NCBI GenBank assembly: GCA_032718475.1
Contig: JAUCBJ010002162.1
Coordinates: forward strand, 1-42,269
Source of the DNA: Nemertoderma westbladi
Taxonomy: Eukaryota > Animalia > Xenacoelomorpha
Direction: 5' to 3'
Length of the DNA: 42,269 nt
Part shown: positions 34,843 through 42,269 of the stretch, piece by piece
Position numbering within the stretch: the stretch's first letter is position 1
How the letters are laid out: each line of letters starts with the position of its first letter
The notes under the pieces: generated by a model
Databases searched by the model: none
Told to the model about the DNA's origin: nothing
What the model saw: the letters and a program-made list of their open reading frames with translations, nothing else
Program-made: the position numbers and the translations under genes

Positions 34843-36725
34843 TATATGGAAGAGACGGAAACAATACCTGCAATATCTTACTGTAAAGTTCGTGAATCAA
34901 ATCATAAATCCGACCTTCTCACCAAAACAGTAAACTCTAAGTAAGCGAATATATTGCAGTATCGATCTCTTATAACCGGTGAGGCAGAAAACAGTCTACG
35001 AGCAGACAAACTTCGATAAAACAAAATCCCGCGCAGCGAATCCTAAAATCAGGCTGACTCGCTGACGGACTAAGGGGCTCGTATACTTTGCCGCGGTGTG
35101 ATTTATATGGTTGGGCGAAAGGGACGCTAGCTAGGTACAGAGGCAGAGATTTGGAGATGTCTAACTAGCGGGCAAAGTGCAGTAAGGACGAAAGTTAATT
35201 TTATATATTTTGAGGTGTAAATAATTTCTAACGCGCGTGTGTTAATTCTGAACGGTCAAAAGCAGTTTTGCTCCTTCACATATATAATCACTGGGTACGG
35301 TGTGCATTTTACAAATATTCTAATTTTGCAACTTGTAGGTCCAATACTCACGAATAATAAGGTTCCTTCCCCTCTTGCGTATTTCCAGGACTCAAATTCA
35401 GGCATAAGGTTAATACTACGCCCAGAATTCGGCAATTTTAGGTACCAGGTCCCTAATACTAAGAAGAAATGTGTTAGTTTACTACTGTAGGCGTACAGTT
35501 ACTAATAGCTATCCTGGCTCTTATCTGGAATTTTAGTCACCTAGGTAGGCTGGGTAACTTCCTATCAGGATGTTGGCGGGGACACTGTAGATGTTAGTAT
35601 ATCCCTAATAGCCTCAATTTATTTGCGCCTAGTTGTAAACTGCCCTACCGCCTGAACGGTACAATCCTAATTCAGGTGAAACACAATAACCCCCCTGGCC
35701 TACAAGTTCTGATGTAATAGACACCGTTGTACAGCAAATAGTCACAGACGCACCTGTACTTAGCAAGAGTTAAGCGTACAGTTTGCTGCACCCTAACCAA
35801 TTTGTATGCCTCGTACCGGTGTGCCTACGTCCTATCTGCGTACTAGTATCTCTGCTCTCTCCCTCCCCCCGTAGGAATATGAAGGTCTACTGCGGTTTTT
35901 TCCTGAATTAAAACGGTACAGTCCCTAAGATGTAATTTTAGGCTTACAGCGTGTCACTACTTCTACCTTTTGATCTTTTGGTCTTATGCTTAGGTAGCAA
36001 GGCATCAAACGCTGTCTAACCTTTCAGGCGATGGGCGAATAACTCAAGATGGTATTGCGGGTTTTCTCCTGTCTACATTCCCCTGATGTTCCCGTTCATT
36101 GCTGCGGCCCGATCTCTAGCCGGCCATCCTGTCCCTTAGCTGGGTTCACCGTGGTGAAGCATAGTAAAACAGATAGAAAAAGGGCAGATGTGACTAGTAT
36201 TTCTAACTTTATTACAAAATCAAATAATAACTATTATACAATAAACAATGTAATCTGAAATAATGTAGTTAAGTTAAGATAGATCAGCAATTGAATATAC
36301 GATAGAATAACTAATGAACAAATCGCACCTTTATATAGCAAATTTGTGCTGCAATCAATCGAGAAAATTCTCGATTGTTCTATAGGTTCTAACAGGTTTT
36401 TAAAGATAGCTATTGGTCCAGCTAATATATAACTTGCACGACATTGGTTACAATCAAATAACTACAGTCTCATTGGTACAGACAAATGCAATTAATTTGT
36501 AGCGGTCAATTTAAATGAGTTGAAATTCTGCACAAAAAATAATTCGCACTTACTAGGATTCGAACTCAATACCTACTACACATATAATTTCCAACGCTCT
36601 ACCGACTGAGCTACTGAACCACTTGACCAATAGGCGTATAAATGATATAACAAATACAAATGAGGACTCAAAGTAATCTTTTAGCAAAGTTAATTCGAAT
36701 AAAATAAAATTTTGAAAATCCACGG
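34843..36725 (-). repeat. 5' LTR
   Basis: Direct repeat of 20172-22054, upstream of gag on the minus strand. Confidence 0.93.
36552..36620 (-). pseudogene. tRNA-derived Pol III cassette in the 5' LTR
   Basis: As 21881-21949; D-stem GCTC/GAGC is perfect in this copy. Confidence 0.7.
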
Positions 36726-37462
36726 TATCACCTACGCTCGCTTGACTCAAACGATCCTTAAATAAACCGATGATCAGAGTTCCGGAGTGCTCGATCAGAC
36801 CTCCTCATTCCCTAATGAGACCTCAGACTCTTGATCCTAATAGTATGACGGATCCTCCTGAACTGTACTCACTGTTCGAAGATCTCATGTTACCCAAACA
36901 ATTACTCGGTGGCACTACGGTAGTGGGTTCACTAGATATTCGCCCATCCTACCTAGCCAGATTGGGACGCGGACATTTAATATCGCCGTTCAACCCGTAT
37001 AATCGTCCCGGTTTAACCCCGATACAACCTGTCACCAAGGTGGAGGAGAGCGTTGTTCAAACGCGTTAGATGCTATTCTACAAAAGATCGGAAAAAGAAC
37101 CTACGCTCATTCAGATAAACGTAAATTGCAGCAGCAAGTCCAAGCGGTAAAAGAATTAGCTTTATCTCAGTATGATCGGGAGATCTAGAATCTTGAAGAA
37201 GATATCGAACTTGGACGACCCTACTCCCTGCGAGAGTTTTTGGATGAACGCATCCAACGACAAGCGGAGGAAAATCAGCTCGAGGAGAAGCATATCGAAA
37301 TGGGCGAGACACCGACCGTAACCCTAAACCTTCCGATGCAATTGTATTGCACCCATCACCCAGGAGTTATAGCCCTCCTAGTAAAGTGGCTCCCCCAAAG
37401 AGAAAAGGACTCTTGCTAGCCTCAAAAAACTGCGTAAACGCCGTCTGCACAAGAAAGACTAA
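36726..37462 (+). pseudogene. 3' part of the decayed unknown ORF
   Basis: 99-aa ORF 36770-37069, then shifted frames NALDAILQKIGKRTY..QYDREI*NLEEDIELGRPYSLREFLDERIQRQAEE and a basic end LASLKKLRKRRLHKKD*. Confidence 0.5.
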
Positions 37463-37669
37463 CTGTTTAGAGTATTTTTATATTTTAGAAACTGTGATTT
37501 TATATATTTTATAGAATTAAATCCCATTTTCTGGGAGCGGTATAAAAGCTTTTGCGGATATAATCAGTCCTTTTGCCCGCAAAGTACCGTGTAGGTGTTT
37601 TAGCGGACATAAAAAGCCGTTTTTTCTGTATGTGTACTTTGGCGGTCATAACAAGCAATTTTCTCCGCA

Positions 37670-38744
37670 ATACGCTATACTCTAAACTGCCTAACTCAAA
37701 TGACGCAATCTACCAGCTGATTTGCTATACGCGTATAGCCTCTCTTTGTTATGTTCGACCAACCAATCAGAGCGATTTCACCTTGTGTTGAAGAGAGCCT
37801 GTAGAAACCCGAATAGTTCGGCATGTAGACATTTGTGGAATCTGTAGAATCTGGAGCTCAGCCAATGAGAGCTATTTCTCTTTGCATTGAAAGATGCCTA
37901 CAGAAGCCCACGGAGTTCAGTGTGTTGGTTTACCTTCCTGAGCCCAGAACATCGGCTTTGGAATTATTCTGAGTTTCAGACTTTAGCCAAACATTAGAGG
38001 GCTATGATTATAGGAACGTATAACTGTTATCTAATCAAATCACATACCAATGCTTAACATACCGGTCATACTGCATTATTTTACTGTCGGTTATTAATTG
38101 TCATATATGTTGATGGATATTGTTATATTTGGAGAACACCGATAAATAATCATATAACCCCAATCTTCTTGATTACTGAAGGTTAGAGGACAGGTTACCT
38201 GTAGCAATTGCGACTTACATTATAGTGGTTTTGGTGTGAATTAAATGCTATTTCATAATCCCTACATGTATCAGTTGCTATTCTCCTTATATATGATCAA
38301 ATTAAGTGAAGGTCGGCAGATCAGTGTGCAACAGTGTGCGGTAGTGTGCATGAGTGTGACTGATAACAAAGCATTTCCTAAAGAATGCGCTTTATACGAA
38401 AATCATTAGCCATCCCGTTGTGTTTAGTGTAAGTCATAACTCAGTTTACATACTTAGAGCGCCACGTCCTAAAAGAACTGTTAATATTTCCCGAAAGTAG
38501 ATAATATTTGTCAGAGATATTATAGTAACTCGTAATCGAATAATACAGTAAGTCTACACCGCAATAAGATCAAAGCATCCGAATCCAGTCTCCCTTAACA
38601 GTGGGTGAATGGTCGCGCATAGGCTGGTTTCGGCTAATGTTACTTTATATGTACTAAATAGTTTTATAGGCTAAAGTCGATTTATAAACTAAAAGACACC
38701 TAAAATTGGCAGGTTAAACTGCTAAGAGTCTAAAAGCGCGAACA
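37670..38744 (-). repeat. Right arm of the ~1.1-kb diverged inverted repeat
   Basis: Reverse complement aligns with 18033-19180. Confidence 0.9.
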
Positions 38745-39129
38745 GTCAGCGTACAGGTGATAAGATAAACCATGTCTTTTAAATTTTGGGATGACTTAAA
38801 TTGGTAGCCATTTATAAGTATACTTACTGTAGGCCTAAACGGCCAAATAATTTTCAAATAATTGTATTGCTTAATAAGGGCATAGAGGAATCAACAAACT
38901 TTGAAAAGGAGTGGTTTGCCATGGACTTACTGTAGCTGAATGAATAAACTTCGCCATGGGCAAACAGACAGTGTGTAGGGGAATCATCAATGTTTAAAAA
39001 AAGCATAAGTGGTTCGCCACTGGCATAGGGAATCGTCAATGTTTGAAAAAAAAGTGATTTTTACCCGCCTTTTAGCTGTTTAGTAACATGGAATCTCTAG
39101 GAACAGAGTTCAAGCACCCTTCAGCCCTT

Positions 39130-39524
39130 TCCGGTGTCCGGTGCATTTTTTTCTGGTTGTAAGATTGGAACGTAGTAAGCCATTCAACGCTTACTCACCC
39201 ACCTGCTGCCAGACACTGGCCCCTACAAGCGCTGCTATCCTTTCAACGATGCCCATATCCACCACGAGGCACGCGAGCGTCATTTCTACTATGAGCAATA
39301 CGCGAAGTCGAGTTGGCGACTTTCACGCCACTTATATTCTCGGCATTCGGTGGTTTCTCGCCAACCACGACTCTGTTCGAGTCCTCCTCTCCGAAAAGCG
39401 GGAGGCGCCGTACGCCGAGTGTATTCGTTGGGTCCGCCGTGAATTGAGTTTCGCATTCCTCCGCGCGGGCTTACCGGTAATGTGTCTTCGGGGTGCGCAT
39501 TCTGCTCGCAACCGTCCATGCTGA
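39130..39524 (+). mobile_element. Frameshifted 3' remnant of a CRE-like non-LTR retrotransposon (restriction-like endonuclease region)
   Basis: IREVELATFTPLIFSAFGGF (from ~39298) and LSEKREAPYAECIRWVRRELSFAFLRAG..MCLRG match my recollection of CRE-clade C-termini (FTPLVFS.TGG; W.R.RLSF.LLR...CLRG). Confidence 0.7.
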
Positions 39525-39738
39525 TATCGAATTCGGACACGGATTTGGCAGTAATGTAGTTCAGTAGTACCAGTACATATGGATGTGGTTTCAAATTTCC
39601 CACCTTTCAAGCTTGCAGCCTTGTAACATTGCACGTTTTAAATTTCCCACCCTTTTCTACTTTGCCAATTAACATACATGTTAGTTGTCTGTTGGTGGTG
39701 GGTATTGTTTGGTGCATATATTCCTGATATTTTCTTAA

Positions 39739-40516
39739 GGGGGGAGGGGGGGGGGGGGGGGGGGGTTTAGTTTTCAAGTTATAACAATTTCCATTTAGGG
39801 TGAACTATTGAAATTACTAGGCCTATTGTTGTTGTTTGTTTGTATAATGTTTCTTTTAATTGGCCACAAACGTTTTCTACAACGATGTACTCCCTATATC
39901 TAATTTACTATAACAATAACAATAACAAAAAAAATAAATTACAATTACTATGTATAATGAAAGGTCGATTATCTCCAATATTTTTTTATGAAATTGGCAA
40001 TTTCAAAATCCATGTACTTCTACAATTTTTGAGCAATTAGTCAGAACATTTCTGTGGGTCTCTACATAGCCACCCTGCATAAAAGTATCAGACAATTTTT
40101 CGAAATTTTTTGTTAATAAAATTTAATACTATTTAGAAGTTTAGAACAAACCTAAAATATAACATAAATTTGCAGCGCCACCTAGCGGTGCAGAATTATT
40201 TTCACAAAATTTCGCCTGATAGTTATGTTGCCCCATCTTTGATCTATCATACAGTATAAAAAAACTTTCATGTGATTAGATTCAAAACTGTAAAAGCCTT
40301 AAGATTTTAATCACAACCAAGTTTTTTTTATTGTTTACTATTATTAACTAATATTAAATTGCGAAAAATAAAATTTTTCTGACCTGTCATGTAGAATAGC
40401 ATCTTAGGTACCTATATTCCATATTATAGCCATAACAAACAATTTTGAAACGCTGAGAGTGATAAATAAAAGAGTTGTCCGAAAATGGTATAACCCCCCC
40501 CCCCCCCCCCCCCCCC
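39739..40516. mobile_element. Possible Kolobok-like non-autonomous element
   Basis: TTAA at 39735-39738 and 40517-40520 flanking inverted poly-G / poly-C termini; little TIR similarity beyond the homopolymers. Confidence 0.4.
40175..40188 (-). promoter_or_regulatory. CTCF-like motif
   Basis: CCGCTAGGTGGCGC on the minus strand resembles the CTCF core consensus. Confidence 0.35.
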
Positions 40517-40561
40517 TTAAATTAAAAAGGTAGTATTATCAATTATTTCATAAAAAATTAA

Positions 40562-41269
40562 AGGAGGCAGTTCATGCGTTGGTTGACGCGGACCTTTGCG
40601 CGATTTCGCGCTTGTTACAGTATTTTTGTTTCATTCTTTAGCTACAAGCGTTTGAAAAGGGTGTCTCTGACGATATTGCACCAGTTTCAGTTTCACCGTC
40701 GCAGTTATTCTTTAATATTATGGTGATTTGTTGGTACTGTTAGAAAGCTGGCCTCTGGACTGGATTCCAATATATGTTACTCAAACTGAATTTCGTTGTA
40801 AAATAGCTGAGATATGAGCGTTAAAATGTTGCATGGTTTTGCACGTGCGCAAGGCTTTTTTATTCTATTTAATAATTACATTATTATATTCTGGAACATT
40901 TTGTTAAGGTATGAATAGCTACATAATATTATGATTAAATAGGTATTGTATTGTTTCCCAGCTACTTATGGGATAAACAATATGTTCCAGAATAATGTAG
41001 TATGTATTAAATATATAGAATAAAAGTAGAAAAAAAATAGAATAAAATATAGCCTCGCGCACGTGCAAAACCATGCAACTTTTGAACGCTCATATCTCCG
41101 CTATTTTTACGACGGAATTCAGATTTTTGTTACATATTTGGAATCTTTGAATGGCCAGCGTTCTAGCAGTACCAACCAATCACTGTAAAGTTAAAGAATA
41201 AATGCGGTTGTAACTGGTGCAATATCGACGGAGACACTTTTTTTTAAACGCTCGTATCAAAGAATGAAA
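40562..41269. mobile_element. Palindromic (foldback) MITE, right end apparently truncated
   Basis: 40629-40900 is an imperfect inverted copy of 40975-41269 (e.g. GTTGCATGGTTTTGCACGTGCGC / GCGCACGTGCAAAACCATGCAAC); left end follows TTAA. Confidence 0.75.
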
Positions 41270-42269
41270 GCGAAAATAAAAATTCTGGCTCAGCCAGGAA
41301 GGAGGAGGGAGGTGAAACTACAGTACAGGCCACCAGAAAAAGCACATTTCATCCAATGTGATCGATCACATGTGAACACATTTGTTCAAGTCATCTGATT
41401 GGCAGGTTATGGCGAGTTATCTTCTAGATCACACAGAAGGAGGATAACTTGCTGGGACCGACAAAGGCTTTGTGTGCAGTGCGCCTGTATGTCTGATAAC
41501 AGGTAGATGAGAGAGCCCCCAGGGCGTAACATTGCGGAAATGGGCTTGTATTGGTAGAGAGAGAACTACATACAAGACCACATGGAGGTTCATTGAGTGT
41601 ATGGGTGTGGATGGGTATGTGGATGGAGGAGCCTAGACCATTGAATAATTAATTTAGTGCAGGGAGATGTTTGCGCCATTAGTCTGACACCGAGAGGTCG
41701 CAGAGAAACACCAGAAGATGCCTTAACATCACTAACTATAGGCCTGCCTACTAAACACTATTAACCGCACACTGAAAGGTAAACAAAATCATTATCGCAT
41801 TTCCAGCTGCAGTGAGTGACAGTTCGCGGCAAACTACAGAGAGTTTCCAGATTACTAAGCGTTTCAAAAGTATTCAATTGTATCCTTTGGCGAAAAAATT
41901 TTGGTTGTTGCCAATTCAATTATGTTCAATTATGTTCAATTGTTAACAACAATTGTCAACAACATTACATTACACTGGTACACATTTGATAAAATGTGTT
42001 CACAATTGTACAAATCTGCGTTTTCTGGTGGCCTGTACTGTATTTCGGTTTCAAATTTCGTGCAATCTCATTAAGATTTTAAGAAAAAATGGAAAATTGG
42101 GGGGGGGGGGGGGGGGGGGGGGGGTGTAATGTTATGTTCCTGATTGAATACCGACACTATATTCCAGATCATGGTGTAATTTTGAACCAACAACCTCAAC
42201 TTACTTTTAGTAGCCACTTAAACTTACGGTTGTGGGGCGAGCCACGAAGTTGGCGGAGCCTTAGCGAAT

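Larger units (their letters stand above)
20172..36725 (-). mobile_element. Full-length BEL/Pao (Belpaoviridae-type) LTR retrotransposon with an extra ORF
   Basis: Two 1883-bp direct repeats (offset 14671) enclosing gag-PR-RT-RH-INT with BEL-specific motifs. Confidence 0.95.

Noticed and set aside
34809-34846. Helitron 3' end (hairpin plus CTRR)
   Set aside because: No CTRR terminus at the junction and no Rep/helicase; the interior is clearly BEL/Pao.
20172-36725. DIRS/Ngaro tyrosine-recombinase element, suggested by the missing TSD
   Set aside because: It encodes a DDE integrase and BEL-type RT; no tyrosine recombinase motifs or split/inverted repeats seen.

Overview
AT-rich, repeat-dominated eukaryotic (probably invertebrate) DNA; I recognise no intact host gene. 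The main feature is a ~16.55-kb BEL/Pao LTR retrotransposon on the minus strand (20172-36725). It has near-identical 1883-bp direct repeats, a gag-PR-RT-RNaseH-integrase polyprotein broken by small lesions, and an extra downstream ORF with three CCHC zinc knuckles. It is atypical: no 4-6 bp TSD, no recognisable PBS or PPT, a tRNA-like Pol III cassette in each LTR, and ten same-orientation copies of a 17-nt motif placed in UTRs and inter-domain linkers. It interrupts a decayed unknown ORF lying between ~1.1-kb inverted repeats. Positions 1-1790 look like an LTR of a related family. Positions 2-16 kb hold a 145-bp satellite, a ~3-kb tandem duplication with RTE-like LINE ends, and a MULE-like foldback nested in a hAT MITE. 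The right end has a CRE-like LINE remnant and MITE-like elements. All alignments were made by eye.
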